A stretch of DNA of 64,000 bases, taken from positions 23,789 to 87,788 of the forward strand of contig DYFC01000010.1 in the NCBI GenBank assembly GCA_020725385.1, written 5' to 3'. The DNA is from Nitrospira japonica (lineage in GTDB: Bacteria; Nitrospirota; Thermodesulfovibrionia; Thermodesulfovibrionales; SM23-35). A model generated the notes under the pieces. That model made no database searches and had not been told where the DNA came from. It saw only the letters and a program-made list of their open reading frames with translations. Both the position numbers and the translations under genes were made by a program. This document shows, piece by piece, positions 1-12,550 of the stretch (position 1 is its first letter; every line of letters begins with the position of its first letter).

Positions 1-223
1 CGCTTTTATAAGCCCGCAGTTATAATGATGGCAGTGGAGGGATACACCGACATTGTCAAGCTTCAAAATATTCAATTCAGGGGAAAAATCAATGTGCATA
101 TAATTTATTTAAAATTAACTTATCTATAAGAAAATTTCTACATCCAAACAAACTTATAGAATTAATGATATTTTATACTATTTCCAATAACAATAACTTT
201 TTATTGCTTAAAAACATTAAATA

Positions 224-1594
224 TTAAAATGTTCTCCAGGTAGTTCCTCCATATGTATACGTTGAACCATGATAATGGCAGCAATTGCAATTTATTGCTG
301 TTCTTGTGCTCGTGCATTCTCCCCATTGACCCGAATTATGGCAATTACCACATCCACCGCTGGTATAGAATGGGTCGCCTGCCAAGGAATCGTGATGGAC
401 TATATACCAGTGATCGTTCTGACATGAAGTGTTAAAATCGTAATCGTCTTTATGACATTTATTGCAAAGATTCGAAATGCTGTTTGATTTTAAAGTGTCA
501 TAGTTAGAATATGGTGTAGAGCAGGATGGGGGTACAAATGGGTCCATTGTTGTGATACTTCCTAAATTTGTTCCATTCACTTCTGTTCTAATAAGCATCA
601 AGTTTGATGAACCATGAGGTTCGTGGCAATCCGTACACGAAAGTACTTTACCTAAAGCAGTTCCATATGGATTTTTCATACTGATTGCAACATCCGCATT
701 TCCCTTCCCGTGTTTTTCAACATTCCAATTAATAGTTCTCAAATTTCTTCCAAGTGTCGTGCTGTAAATCGAATTTGTTGAGTTGTGGCAATCTGTACAA
801 AATGTATTATAATCTGGCAAATTTGTGCCATCAGAAGTAGTATTATTTGCAGGTTCATATGTCGTTACACTATTGTACCAGTAAGGTGACTGATAATTTG
901 TTGTAAAGTTTGGATTCATTTTCTCGGAAGAATCATCTCCCCATAAATTATTATGGTCCGAAGGCTTAGAAATTGCAGATTTTGTTGCATCATATGAATT
1001 TGAAAGTGGAGGTTTCCCACAACTTTTTTTTGCAATATGTACATTATGACAACCCGAACATGGATTAGAACCTGATGGAAAACTTGTAAATGTTTTGGTT
1101 CCGGAAAGCCCGGTGATAAATCTATATACATCATATAAATTATGATAAGAAAGGCTGTTAAATGCCTCAAAAATATTATTAGGTAATGAATCGGGATTAC
1201 CGCCAAAAGTAATACTATAATTAAAATTACTAAAAGATGTGGTTTGAAGTGTTCCGGTCCCAATATGACAGTAAAAGCAGACATTATCACTCTGGGAATA
1301 TGGTTTCAAAGTTATACCGCTAAAATTATCAGCTAAAAGTTCATATGCGCTCGGTCCGCCAACAGGTGCGGGTTCTGTTCCACCAATCATTCCATGTTGT
1401 TCATGACAGTGGGCACAATTGCCTCTTGAGTAACCAAATGCGGCAATACTTGTACGATTAACTCCATATGTTGTATTTCCGTGCGCAGAATCAAGATATT
1501 TACCGCAATAAGCTTTTTCAGGGCATATAAAAAAATATAAAGCTAAAAATAGAAATAGCAAGCGAAAACCACTTTTATTACAGAAATCCGTCAT
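224..1594 (-). CDS. secreted multihaem c-type cytochrome (8 CxxCH sites)
   Basis: 456-aa ORF with a hydrophobic N-terminal signal (FRLLFLFLALYFFICPEKAYC). It has eight CxxCH haem-attachment motifs (CAHCH, CFYCH, CSGCH, CTDCH x2, CNKCH, CGNCH, CNCCH). No specific family recognised. Confidence 0.8.
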   Translation of the reverse strand: MTDFCNKSGFRLLFLFLALYFFICPEKAYCGKYLDSAHGNTTYGVNRTSIAAFGYSRGNCAHCHEQHGMIGGTEPAPVGGPSAYELLADNFSGITLKPYSQSDNVCFYCHIGTGTLQTTSFSNFNYSITFGGNPDSLPNNIFEAFNSLSYHNLYDVYRFITGLSGTKTFTSFPSGSNPCSGCHNVHIAKKSCGKPPLSNSYDATKSAISKPSDHNNLWGDDSSEKMNPNFTTNYQSPYWYNSVTTYEPANNTTSDGTNLPDYNTFCTDCHNSTNSIYSTTLGRNLRTINWNVEKHGKGNADVAISMKNPYGTALGKVLSCTDCHEPHGSSNLMLIRTEVNGTNLGSITTMDPFVPPSCSTPYSNYDTLKSNSISNLCNKCHKDDYDFNTSCQNDHWYIVHHDSLAGDPFYTSGGCGNCHNSGQWGECTSTRTAINCNCCHYHGSTYTYGGTTWRTF

Positions 1595-1764
1595 AAAACA
1601 ACCCCCTATATATCATTAATAATAAGTTTAAAAAAATATATTATTTCTATTTTTCAATTTACTTAATATATCGTTATTTGTACTTTATTTATTATCATTT
1701 GTTAAAAAATATTCTTTTTTCTTTCTATAAATTTAACCTAATAACGCATTTATCATGTCAAACA

Positions 1765-1815
1765 AAAAGCCACGAAAGCTCTGCATTCTCTGCATTTTTA
1801 GCCTTCGTGGCTTTT
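1765..1815 (-). terminator. hairpin with U-tract downstream of tRNA-Pro (possibly bidirectional)
   Basis: Arms AAAAGCCACGAAAGC (1765-1779) and GCCTTCGTGGCTTTT (1801-1815) pair over 14 of 15 positions around a 21-nt loop. T-rich runs follow on both strands. Confidence 0.5.
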
Positions 1816-1961
1816 AATTCTAATTACGAATAAGTGGACTTCTTGTCCACAATTAATTATAGCAAATATATAAAATTATTTTCCATATTTTGTGAATAAC
1901 TAATGACTATAGACTCTTATGCTACGAGGGAATTGTTTGCTTCATTCAAGAAGTTAAATTC

Positions 1962-2040
<79 letters not shown>

Positions 2041-2048
2041 ATTGTTGC

Positions 2049-2762
2049 TTAATATTTGAGTATTTCTAAGTAATCAGAAATATCTTTTTCTTCGAGTCCC
2101 TGTGCTCTTATTTTTCTTTCAAGAAGATCATCTGTTGCCTTTTGTTTGTTACCCTGATATAAAGGGTCAAACTCAATTGCTTTAGTGATTGCTATTGAAG
2201 CTTCACCATACTGTGCTTTTGCATTATAGGCAAGAGCCAGTCCATAATAAGGCAAGTGAAAGGTAGAAAACCTTTTTATTGATTCCTTGAAAGAATCAAG
2301 GGCATCATCATATCTTCCGAGTCTATAATATACCATACCGAGATTATTTAATGCCATAGCTGCATTTTTATATTGAGGATTTGATACAGACTTTTTATAT
2401 GCTTCTATTGCTTCACTGTATTTTCCGAGCTTTGCATATGCATTGCCGAGATTGTTTGAAGCTTCGGAGAAATTTTCATCGATATCAAGAGCTTCTTTAA
2501 AGTGTTCAATCGCTTTTGGATAATTTTCAAGTTTTACAAGATAGATTACACCTAATGCATTATGAATGTCTTTATTGTATTTATTGAATTGAAGCGCTTT
2601 CTGAAATTCAACAAAAGCAGGTTGTATATTGTTATCATTAAGATAAGAAACTCCTATCTGGTAATGGTAATTCGCCTTCTGTGCCGCTTCTTCAGAGACT
2701 GTTCCAGCACATGAACAAAATAGAAATATCGAGCATATTAAAATAATACAGTTTTTCCTCAT
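2049..2762 (-). CDS. TPR-repeat lipoprotein
   Basis: 237 aa. Lipoprotein signal with lipobox-like LFCSC. Repeated 34-residue TPR pattern (AxxxLGxxYxxxGxYxxAIxxYxKAL). Confidence 0.7.
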   Translation of the reverse strand: MRKNCIILICSIFLFCSCAGTVSEEAAQKANYHYQIGVSYLNDNNIQPAFVEFQKALQFNKYNKDIHNALGVIYLVKLENYPKAIEHFKEALDIDENFSEASNNLGNAYAKLGKYSEAIEAYKKSVSNPQYKNAAMALNNLGMVYYRLGRYDDALDSFKESIKRFSTFHLPYYGLALAYNAKAQYGEASIAITKAIEFDPLYQGNKQKATDDLLERKIRAQGLEEKDISDYLEILKY

Positions 2763-2785
2763 ATCACTCTCCTTTTGATTTTTTA

Positions 2786-5700
2786 TTATTGATTTCTAAC
2801 ACTAACAAAATCTGATAAACATGTAAAGAGTTTAAAGAGAATATTATACCTTTCCTCCCATGAACTTCCATCTGTATAAATCTCAAAACCATCGCTTAGA
2901 AATCTTATCTTTTTTCCAGCTTTATCTCTTAGTTTAAAAATATCTTCAGGTTGAACTTTTGTGTCATTTGAAAAATGTACACCTATTATGCCTTTTGCTT
3001 CGTTTATTTTCTTTATTAATAATCGTCCCGAAAATATCTTAAGATTCATTATATCAAGAAGGCATTTTACTTCAACAGGCATCTTACCGAAACGATCTTC
3101 TATTTCTGAAGCTATTGAATATAACACATCAGGAGATTTTGAAGCCGCAATTTTTCTGTATAAGCTCAATCTTATAGTTATATCTTCAACATAATCTTCT
3201 GGTATGAAAGCATTAACTTTCATATTTATAGTAGGCTCAAATTCTTCCTCGATCCTTTCACCTTTTAACTCTGCAACTTCTTTTTCGAGCATCTCCATAT
3301 AAAGATCAAATCCTACCGCATGGATATGTCCTGATTGTTCAGCTCCAAGAAGATTGCCCGAACCTCTTATCTCAAGGTCTTTTAATGCAAGTCTAAAGCC
3401 GGCCCCGAGATAACTCATTTCCTGTATTGCCTGAAGTCTTTTCTTTGATTCATTCGTGATAATATCTTCACCGGGAATTAGAAAATATGCATATGCGCGT
3501 AGATTGCCTCTTCCAACACGTCCTCTTAATTGATACAAATCCGCAAGTCCCATCATATCCGCTCTGTTTATTATTATTGTATTGGCCGATGGTATATCAA
3601 GCCCCGAACCTATTATTGCAGTTGAAACAAGCACATCAACTTTCTTCTCATAAAAGTTAAACATACCTTTTTCAAGTTCTTTTTCATTCATTTGGCCATG
3701 CGCTACCGCTATTTTGATGTTCGGTATTAAGTTCACAAGATAATCAGCGATTCTATATATATCCTTGATTCTGTTATGCACAAAAAAGACCTGACCTTTC
3801 CTATCCAGCTCATGCAAGATTGCATTCTTAATAATATCTTTATTGAAAACCGATACAATGCTTTTAACCGCAAGTCTTTCCTCAGGAGGGGTCTCAATGA
3901 TACTCATATCTCTAATATCCGAGAGAGCCATAGACAATGTCCTCGGTATAGGAGTTGCTGTCAATGTCAATACATCAACTCCTTTTTTTAGTTCTTTTAT
4001 TTTTTCTTTTTGTCTTACTCCGAATCTGTGTTCTTCATCTATTATCAGGAGTCCGAGATTATGAAATTTTATATTTTTCCCGAGTAATGCATGAGTTCCG
4101 ATGATAATATCAATATCTCCATTTTCAATCGCCTTTATAGTTTTTTTCTTATCACTTGTTGATTTGAACCTGCTTAAGAAATCTATATTAACTGGAAATC
4201 CAGAAAATCTTGCCCTGAATGTTCTGTAATGTTGTTCGCAAAGAATTGTTGTTGGAACGAGTACAGCTACCTGCATCCCGTCATATACTGCTTTGAAAGT
4301 AGCGCGGACAGCAACTTCTGTTTTCCCGTATCCTACGTCTCCGCAAATAAGTCTGTCCATTGGCCTGTCGGATTCCATATCTTTTTTTATATCCTCAATA
4401 GCCTTCAATTGATCCGGAGTCTCTTCATAGGGGAAAAAGCTATCGAACTCTCTATGTAATTCAGTGTCAGAACTAAAAGGATAACCTTTTTGAATTTTTC
4501 TTTGTGCATACAGAGCAAGGAGCTTTTCAGCCATATCGTGAATTTTTCTTTTCACCCTTTGTTTAGTTCTACTCCATGTTTTTCCGCCAAGTCTATCAAT
4601 TTTTGGAATTACACCTTCTTCTGCATGGTATTTTCTGATTTTGTTTATTGCATGAAGCGGAACATATAATCTTCCTCCATCATATTCAATTAGTATTAGA
4701 TCTTCTTTTATATCTTCTGTACTTTGCTGGATTAGTCCAATAAATTTTCCGATTCCATGGTCAGTATGTACGATGAAATCTCCCGGACGCAAATCATCAA
4801 GAGAAGTCAGTAGTCCGGAAACCTTTGATTTACGTAAAGGCCTGTAAGAAGGTCTCTCTCCAAAAAGTTCCTTTTCTGTCAGAATAAGAATTCCGGGAAG
4901 GAATAAGCCTGAAGAGAGACTGCCAATCACTACCATTATATTGCCTTTATAGGTAAAGACATCTTCTTTATCAATTAAAGGCGCAATTATATCACCTGCC
5001 CTAAGAATATCCCTAAGCCTTTCAGCCTGACCATTAGAGGATGAAACAAGGATTATCCGGTTTTCATCGAGTAACTTTTTTAGTTTAGACGGGAGTTCAT
5101 CAATGCTCTTTCGTTCCTGATGGGTTATACCGAGTCCTTTAATATTCAAGACACCCGAATCAATACCATCTCCTGCGATTGAAAATCTTGATAATATTAT
5201 TGAACTTTCAGGAATGTTTTCTTTTTCTTTAACTGAATCGAAAACAAACCAGATTTTATTTGAGAATGTCTCCAATAAATTTTTTCCGCCCGGAGACTCA
5301 ATTGCAGGGAAAAGATATAGGACCTTGATATTTTCTTTCGAACGCTGTGTATCTACGTCAAAGTATTTTATATTTTCAATTTCATCACCAAAAAACTCTA
5401 TTCTTACAGGGTCCTCAAAAGTTGATGGAAAAATATCTATAATCCAGTTACGTCTGCTGAATTCACCCTTTTCAGAGACAAGCGGTACACGGTTATAGCC
5501 AAGCTTTTGAAGTATATTTTCAAATTCATCTCTTTTTATTTCCAGACCTTTTTTAATAAATAATATACTTTTTTCTAATTCTTCTTTTGACCATATAGGT
5601 GAATTTAAATTGCCCGAAGAAAAAGTGAGGGAATCATTTTCGCTGGTTTTATAGATTATTTCTGCTCTTTGCCCTGAAATGCCCGGGCCATCAGGCTCGG

Positions 5701-5917
5701 GCAAGAAAAATACTTTATTTTTCTTTAGTGCGCTACGATAGAAATTTATGTCATCGCATAATTCTGTTGCAAGAGTCCCGTCGCCATCAACAGCGACAAA
5801 TGGTTCATTGCATATAGCAAGAAACAGGGCAGATGACGAGCCTATTAGATTGTATATTCTTGAAATTTCTATTTTTTTTCTTAAAATATCCTGAAAATAC
5901 GAAAGACTTATTTGCAT
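2786..5917 (-). CDS. mfd: transcription-repair coupling factor
   Basis: 1043 aa. Superfamily-2 helicase motifs (GDVGYGKTEVA, DEEHRFGV, LTLTATPIPRTL) and a TRCF-type C-terminal domain. Length is typical of Mfd. Confidence 0.9.
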   Translation of the reverse strand: MQISLSYFQDILRKKIEISRIYNLIGSSSALFLAICNEPFVAVDGDGTLATELCDDINFYRSALKKNKVFFLPEPDGPGISGQRAEIIYKTSENDSLTFSSGNLNSPIWSKEELEKSILFIKKGLEIKRDEFENILQKLGYNRVPLVSEKGEFSRRNWIIDIFPSTFEDPVRIEFFGDEIENIKYFDVDTQRSKENIKVLYLFPAIESPGGKNLLETFSNKIWFVFDSVKEKENIPESSIILSRFSIAGDGIDSGVLNIKGLGITHQERKSIDELPSKLKKLLDENRIILVSSSNGQAERLRDILRAGDIIAPLIDKEDVFTYKGNIMVVIGSLSSGLFLPGILILTEKELFGERPSYRPLRKSKVSGLLTSLDDLRPGDFIVHTDHGIGKFIGLIQQSTEDIKEDLILIEYDGGRLYVPLHAINKIRKYHAEEGVIPKIDRLGGKTWSRTKQRVKRKIHDMAEKLLALYAQRKIQKGYPFSSDTELHREFDSFFPYEETPDQLKAIEDIKKDMESDRPMDRLICGDVGYGKTEVAVRATFKAVYDGMQVAVLVPTTILCEQHYRTFRARFSGFPVNIDFLSRFKSTSDKKKTIKAIENGDIDIIIGTHALLGKNIKFHNLGLLIIDEEHRFGVRQKEKIKELKKGVDVLTLTATPIPRTLSMALSDIRDMSIIETPPEERLAVKSIVSVFNKDIIKNAILHELDRKGQVFFVHNRIKDIYRIADYLVNLIPNIKIAVAHGQMNEKELEKGMFNFYEKKVDVLVSTAIIGSGLDIPSANTIIINRADMMGLADLYQLRGRVGRGNLRAYAYFLIPGEDIITNESKKRLQAIQEMSYLGAGFRLALKDLEIRGSGNLLGAEQSGHIHAVGFDLYMEMLEKEVAELKGERIEEEFEPTINMKVNAFIPEDYVEDITIRLSLYRKIAASKSPDVLYSIASEIEDRFGKMPVEVKCLLDIMNLKIFSGRLLIKKINEAKGIIGVHFSNDTKVQPEDIFKLRDKAGKKIRFLSDGFEIYTDGSSWEERYNILFKLFTCLSDFVSVRNQ

Positions 5918-6003
5918 GAAAGAATAATTATTATGTTAAAATAAAAATCCATTATTAAATTATATCATTTTACCAATAGATAGAAGAAAGAAAGGAATTT
6001 ATC

Positions 6004-6879
6004 ATGAACAAAATTCTTCGAATCGGGCTGCCCAAAGGCAGTCTTCAAGAATCTACATTAAAACTCTTCAGAAAGGCCGGTTATCATATTTCTGTATCGA
6101 GCCGTTCATATTATCCATCATTTGATGATCCTGAAATTGAAGCAATGCTCATAAGAGCACAGGAAATGGCAGGTTATGTAGAAAATGGTATTATTGATTG
6201 TGGTCTTACCGGCAAGGACTGGATAATGGAACAGAACGCGGATGTCCATGAAGTAGCCGAGCTTATTTATGCTAAAGAAGGTTTAAGACCTGTAAGATGG
6301 GTTATAGCTGTTCCTAATGATTCAAAAATTAAGACCGTGAAAGACCTTAATGGTAAGAGGATAGCAACAGAATTGGTTGGATTTACAAAAAGGTATTTAA
6401 AGAAAAACGGGGTAACTGCTGAAGTTGATTTTTCATGGGGTGCAACAGAGGTAAAACCACCTCATCTTGCTGATGCTATTGTTGAACTTACAGAGACAGG
6501 AACTTCTTTGCGTGCAAATAATCTCAGAATAGTTGAGACAATTCTGGAGTCAAGCACCCGTTTTATATCAAACAAAAAAGCATGGCAGGATAAATGGAAA
6601 AAACAGAAAATGGAAAATATTGTAATGTTACTAAAAGGCGCTCTTGCCGCTGAAGAGAAAGTCGGGCTTAAGATGAATGTTGAGTCAAAATCAATTAAAC
6701 GCGTAATGAGTCTTCTTTCAGCAATGCACTCACCAACTATTTCTTCATTATCAGAAGAAGGCTGGTTTGCCCTTGAAGTTATAATTAACGAAAAAAGCGT
6801 TAGGGATATAATTCCTAAGCTCAAAATGGCCGGAGCTACAGGCATTGTAGAATATCCCCTTAACAAAGTAATACCTTAA
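6004..6879 (+). CDS. hisG: ATP phosphoribosyltransferase, long form
   Basis: 291 aa. The N-terminus [23 protein letters not shown] is typical of HisG, and a C-terminal regulatory domain is present. Confidence 0.85.
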   Translation: MNKILRIGLPKGSLQESTLKLFRKAGYHISVSSRSYYPSFDDPEIEAMLIRAQEMAGYVENGIIDCGLTGKDWIMEQNADVHEVAELIYAKEGLRPVRWVIAVPNDSKIKTVKDLNGKRIATELVGFTKRYLKKNGVTAEVDFSWGATEVKPPHLADAIVELTETGTSLRANNLRIVETILESSTRFISNKKAWQDKWKKQKMENIVMLLKGALAAEEKVGLKMNVESKSIKRVMSLLSAMHSPTISSLSEEGWFALEVIINEKSVRDIIPKLKMAGATGIVEYPLNKVIP

Positions 6880-6899
6880 ATTATTTGATAGGAGAAAAT

Positions 6900-7571
6900 A
6901 TGTTTAAGGATCACAGAAAATTGAATTATGATATTATCAGTCTTCTGATTTCCGGTGTATTTCTAATGTCTTTTACTTTCTGTCTTAACAAAACATCATA
7001 TGCTTTATCCCTGAACGATGAAGTTGCAAGAATTCAAAAGACTTATGAGAATATTATTGACATGAGCGGTAATTTTGTTCAGAAAAGCCATATAAAGGAT
7101 CTTAAGCGGACCGATACTTACAAAGGCCAGTTTTTCATTAAAAAACCCGAGAAAGTAAAAGTAATATACAAAGGAGAAAATCCTGCTGAAATAACTGTTA
7201 ATAAAGACATTGTATTAATCTATCAGAAAAATGAAAATCAGGTTATTAAGGGGAAATTCGATAGCAACACATATGGTCAAACACCTGTTATATTATTGAG
7301 CGGTCTGGGGAAGATGGAAGAAGAATTCAATATATCAGAAAAAAATGGTCTGTTGCTTTTAAAGCCTAAAAAAAGCATGGGAGCGATTGTCTCAATTGAA
7401 CTAAAGTTATCAGACAAAGAATTTCCGATACAGTCTTTTACAATTTATGACACATATTCAAATAGGACAGATATTACACTCAGCGATATGAAAATAAACA
7501 AAAACATTGATGATAAAATTTTCAACTTTACATCTCCTAAGAACGCAACAATTTTGGAACACAACCCATGA
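6900..7571 (+). CDS. LolA-like outer-membrane lipoprotein carrier family protein
   Basis: The ORF track starts at 6885, but the ATG at 6900 follows GGAGA. Signal peptide followed by a LolA-like pattern (F.Q......K....Y.G.F.IKKPEK..V.Y). Family call is by memory only. Confidence 0.55.
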   Translation: MFKDHRKLNYDIISLLISGVFLMSFTFCLNKTSYALSLNDEVARIQKTYENIIDMSGNFVQKSHIKDLKRTDTYKGQFFIKKPEKVKVIYKGENPAEITVNKDIVLIYQKNENQVIKGKFDSNTYGQTPVILLSGLGKMEEEFNISEKNGLLLLKPKKSMGAIVSIELKLSDKEFPIQSFTIYDTYSNRTDITLSDMKINKNIDDKIFNFTSPKNATILEHNP

Positions 7572-7580
7572 GGGGTTCCT

Positions 7581-8597
7581 GTGCGTATACTCGGAATTGA
7601 TACATCATGTGATGATACATCTGCTTCAGTTGTTGAAAACGGCATAAAAATAATATCAAATATTGTCTCCGGTCAATCCGAAATTCATAAAAAATATGGC
7701 GGCATAGTCCCTGAACTTGCATCCCGTAAACACGTTGAAATGATAATCCCTGTTGTTGAACAGGCTCTGAAGAAAGCTGAAATTGAACTTAAGGATATAG
7801 ATGGTATTGCTGTATGTCATGGTCCGGGACTTATAGGTTCACTTTTAGTAGGATGTTCATTTGCAAAAGCAATATGTTATACAACCAAAATCCCTTTGCT
7901 CGCTGTCAATCACCTCGAAGGACATATCTTTGCTTCGTTCCTTGAAGAGCCAAGACCGGAATTTCCATTCATTGCACTTATAGTTTCAGGCGGGCATACA
8001 TCTCTTTACATGGTAGATGGATTTGACCGGTATAGAGAACTCGGCAAGACAAGAGATGATGCTGCTGGTGAAGCTTATGATAAAGTATCTAAACTTCTTG
8101 GGCTCGGATATCCTGGTGGTCCTGTTATTGACAGTCTTGCAAAAGAAGGTAACCCAAAAGCAATAGATTTTCCAAGAGCATATTTGCCGGAATCTTTTGA
8201 TTTCAGTTTTAGCGGAATCAAAACCGCTGTTCTAAATTTTGTTAAATCAACAGGATTTGAAAATTATGAAATTAAAACTAAAAAACCAGAATTATTATTA
8301 GATATAGCAGCCTCTTTTCAGGCCGCTGTTGTGGATGTGCTTGTAAGAAAAACAGAATGGGCAATTAAAAGAACATGGATAAAAAGAGTTGTGCTCTCAG
8401 GCGGTGTTGCAGCAAACAGCCAATTAAGAAGAAGAATGAAAGAAATGGGTGATGAAAGAGAAGCAGAAATTATTATTCCTTCAATTCCATTATGTACTGA
8501 CAATGCTGCTATGATAGCTGCTGCCGGTTACCACCATTTATTGACCGGTAAATTAGCAGACCTTACTTTAAACCCGAAAGCTTATTTGCCTTTATGA
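7581..8597 (+). CDS. tsaD: tRNA N6-adenosine threonylcarbamoyltransferase
   Basis: 338 aa with a GTG start. Kae1/Gcp/TsaD signatures: ILGIDTSCDDT, NHLEGH, GGVAAN. Confidence 0.9.
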   Translation: MRILGIDTSCDDTSASVVENGIKIISNIVSGQSEIHKKYGGIVPELASRKHVEMIIPVVEQALKKAEIELKDIDGIAVCHGPGLIGSLLVGCSFAKAICYTTKIPLLAVNHLEGHIFASFLEEPRPEFPFIALIVSGGHTSLYMVDGFDRYRELGKTRDDAAGEAYDKVSKLLGLGYPGGPVIDSLAKEGNPKAIDFPRAYLPESFDFSFSGIKTAVLNFVKSTGFENYEIKTKKPELLLDIAASFQAAVVDVLVRKTEWAIKRTWIKRVVLSGGVAANSQLRRRMKEMGDEREAEIIIPSIPLCTDNAAMIAAAGYHHLLTGKLADLTLNPKAYLPL

Positions 8598-8685
8598 TTA
8601 ATCCTGAAAATGTAGTTGAAATTATATTGTGGCATAGCCTCAGGGTCAGGAAATCCGGAAATACTTAAAAAACGGATTTTTCAAT

Positions 8686-9021
8686 ATGTTTAAATTCAAC
8701 AGAATAAATAGAGAAAAGAAAACTGTTGAAGCTATGATTAAAATATATTGCAGGAAAAATCATGGCAAAAAAAATGAAATATGTTTTGATTGCAAAGAAC
8801 TTCTTGATTATGCATTCAAAAGACTCGATAAATGTCCTTTTCAGGAAGGCAAAACAACCTGCGGGAAATGCAAAATACATTGTTACAAACCTGTAATGAG
8901 GGAGAAGATAAAACATGTTATGCGATACTCTGGTCCAAAAATGGCATATTTACACCCACTTCTTGCACTATATCATTTTATTGATAGTTTCAGAAAAACC
9001 GCTGCCAAACAAAATTTTTAA
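8686..9021 (+). CDS. nitrous-oxide-stimulated promoter (YgbA-like) family Cys-rich protein
   Basis: 111 aa. Pattern YC...H......C..C..L..YA..RL.KCPF...K..C..C.IHCY...R, as I recall for the YgbA_NO family. Confidence 0.6.
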   Translation: MFKFNRINREKKTVEAMIKIYCRKNHGKKNEICFDCKELLDYAFKRLDKCPFQEGKTTCGKCKIHCYKPVMREKIKHVMRYSGPKMAYLHPLLALYHFIDSFRKTAAKQNF

Positions 9022-10440
9022 TTATCTTTCATTGTAATGTGTAATAATTTGTTCTGCCAGATGAATAGCATCTTCATGATTCTTTATTTTTCCACTATCC
9101 TGGGCTTCTCTGATTCTGCTAATTATTTTTCCGATTTCGGGGCCCTGTTTTACTCCTAATTTTATAATATCATTTCCGGTTATAAGATTAGGTGCGCTTA
9201 TTTTCTCTTTTATCCAGTCAAAATAATCTAAGATAAGCCTCTTCAAAGAAAGAATCTGACTACTCTTGATTTCTTCTGTAGAATCCCTGCCATTTGAACT
9301 CATAACATCGGCTATGGAGAGAACAAGAACAGCGATTGAATCCTCCTTCATTCTGTGAAACCATTTTATTTTTGTTAGTTTTTTTGCGCGTCTAAGAGCA
9401 AAGTTAAGGGCATTCATATGTTCTGCTATCATTTTTAAAATAAACTCCGAGTCAGCCCTTGAAAATTTCAGACGTCTGGCGATATTTAAAAATATCTTTG
9501 CTCCTTCTTTATCATGTCCATAAAAAGTTATTTTGCTTTTCTTTAAATTGAATGCTTTTGTTGAAGGCTTGCCAATATCATGTAATAATGCAGAAAGTTT
9601 CAGTAATTTTCCTTTTTTATTATCTATTATTTCTGATATTTTATTTCCATATGTACCAAAAATTTCTGATAAATTATTCAAAATACTCTCTGCATTTTCC
9701 ATCGTAAGCAATGAATGCTCCCAAACATCAAGATGATGAAATCCATTTTGCTTACATTTTTTCATTGGTACTATTTCAGGAAATATAATGTCAAGAACGC
9801 CAAACTTATCCATTTCCCTGAAGGTTGAACTGCTTCTGGAAGTAGCCAAAATAAGATAAATTTCGTACATTATTCTTTCCGCTGAAACATTTTCAAGCAA
9901 AGCCACAGAACTTTCCAATTGATTTAGAGTTGAATTCTCTATTTTAAATTCAAAAAACGAAGAAAAACGAAATGCTCTTAGAATTCGTAAAGGGTCATCA
10001 AAAAAACTTTTATCACCGGTCATGCAAATTATTTTCTCTTTTAAATCTTTCTCACATTGGAAGGGATCAATTATTTTACCGGATGTTATTTCGATTGCTC
10101 CGGAATTTATAGTGAAATCTCTTTTTGCAAGGTCCTCTTCAATGGTCTTCCCCCGCATTTCTGATATATCAATAAAACTTGAAATATCATCTCTGTCAAC
10201 AACTCTATAGCAGGGTTCATCGGCCTTTTTCTCAAAAGGCACAAAAGTAGCATTTTTTCTCTTTGAAATTTCAAGAGCTATTTCTTTAGCATTTTTGCAT
10301 GTAATATCAATATCTTTCGGCTCTTTTCCTAATAGAATATCCCGTACTGTACCACCTACGAGATAGAATTCTGTCTTTTCGAGAATATCCCTGTCAAGCC
10401 ATTTCCTAACTATATAATCCATTTTTATCATATTTTCCAT
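9022..10440 (-). CDS. cca: CCA-adding enzyme / poly(A) polymerase family nucleotidyltransferase with HD domain
   Basis: 472 aa. Motifs GGTVRDILLGKEPKDIDI, RAFRF and an HD domain (LLHDIGKP). Confidence 0.8.
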   Translation of the reverse strand: MENMIKMDYIVRKWLDRDILEKTEFYLVGGTVRDILLGKEPKDIDITCKNAKEIALEISKRKNATFVPFEKKADEPCYRVVDRDDISSFIDISEMRGKTIEEDLAKRDFTINSGAIEITSGKIIDPFQCEKDLKEKIICMTGDKSFFDDPLRILRAFRFSSFFEFKIENSTLNQLESSVALLENVSAERIMYEIYLILATSRSSSTFREMDKFGVLDIIFPEIVPMKKCKQNGFHHLDVWEHSLLTMENAESILNNLSEIFGTYGNKISEIIDNKKGKLLKLSALLHDIGKPSTKAFNLKKSKITFYGHDKEGAKIFLNIARRLKFSRADSEFILKMIAEHMNALNFALRRAKKLTKIKWFHRMKEDSIAVLVLSIADVMSSNGRDSTEEIKSSQILSLKRLILDYFDWIKEKISAPNLITGNDIIKLGVKQGPEIGKIISRIREAQDSGKIKNHEDAIHLAEQIITHYNER

Positions 10441-10487
10441 ATTTTTTGTAATGGTGTATTATATTATCTAACATTTTTTTAAAATAG

Positions 10488-12530
<2,043 letters not shown>

Positions 12531-12550
12531 ATAAAGGAGGTGGATTTAAA

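Noticed and set aside
1-99. Partial minus-strand ORF starting at ATG 99-97 (MHIDFSPELNILKLDNVGVSLHCHHYNCGLIKA...) and running out of the window.
   Set aside because: Only 33 codons are visible. There is no recognisable motif beyond a Cys/His-rich stretch, which is too little to call a gene or product.
916-1290. 124-aa ORF in another frame of the same strand inside the cytochrome gene, together with similar overlapping ORFs: 253-435, 2961-3194, 6462-6866, 12520-12909, 13398-14153, 14150-14494, 22150-23028, 27378-27857, 29343-29888, 57493-58228 and 59640-59993.
   Set aside because: Each is fully embedded in a longer ORF (opposite strand or a different frame) that has clear family motifs. Their translations are low-complexity or Leu/Ser/Phe-rich, as expected of shadow frames in AT-rich DNA.
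8651-8681. Hairpin AAATCCG-15 nt-CGGATTT followed by Ts after tsaD.
   Set aside because: The stem is weak (7 bp, AT-rich) and the T-run ends only 5 nt before the ATG of the next gene (8686). This is as likely to be chance in AT-rich DNA as a terminator.
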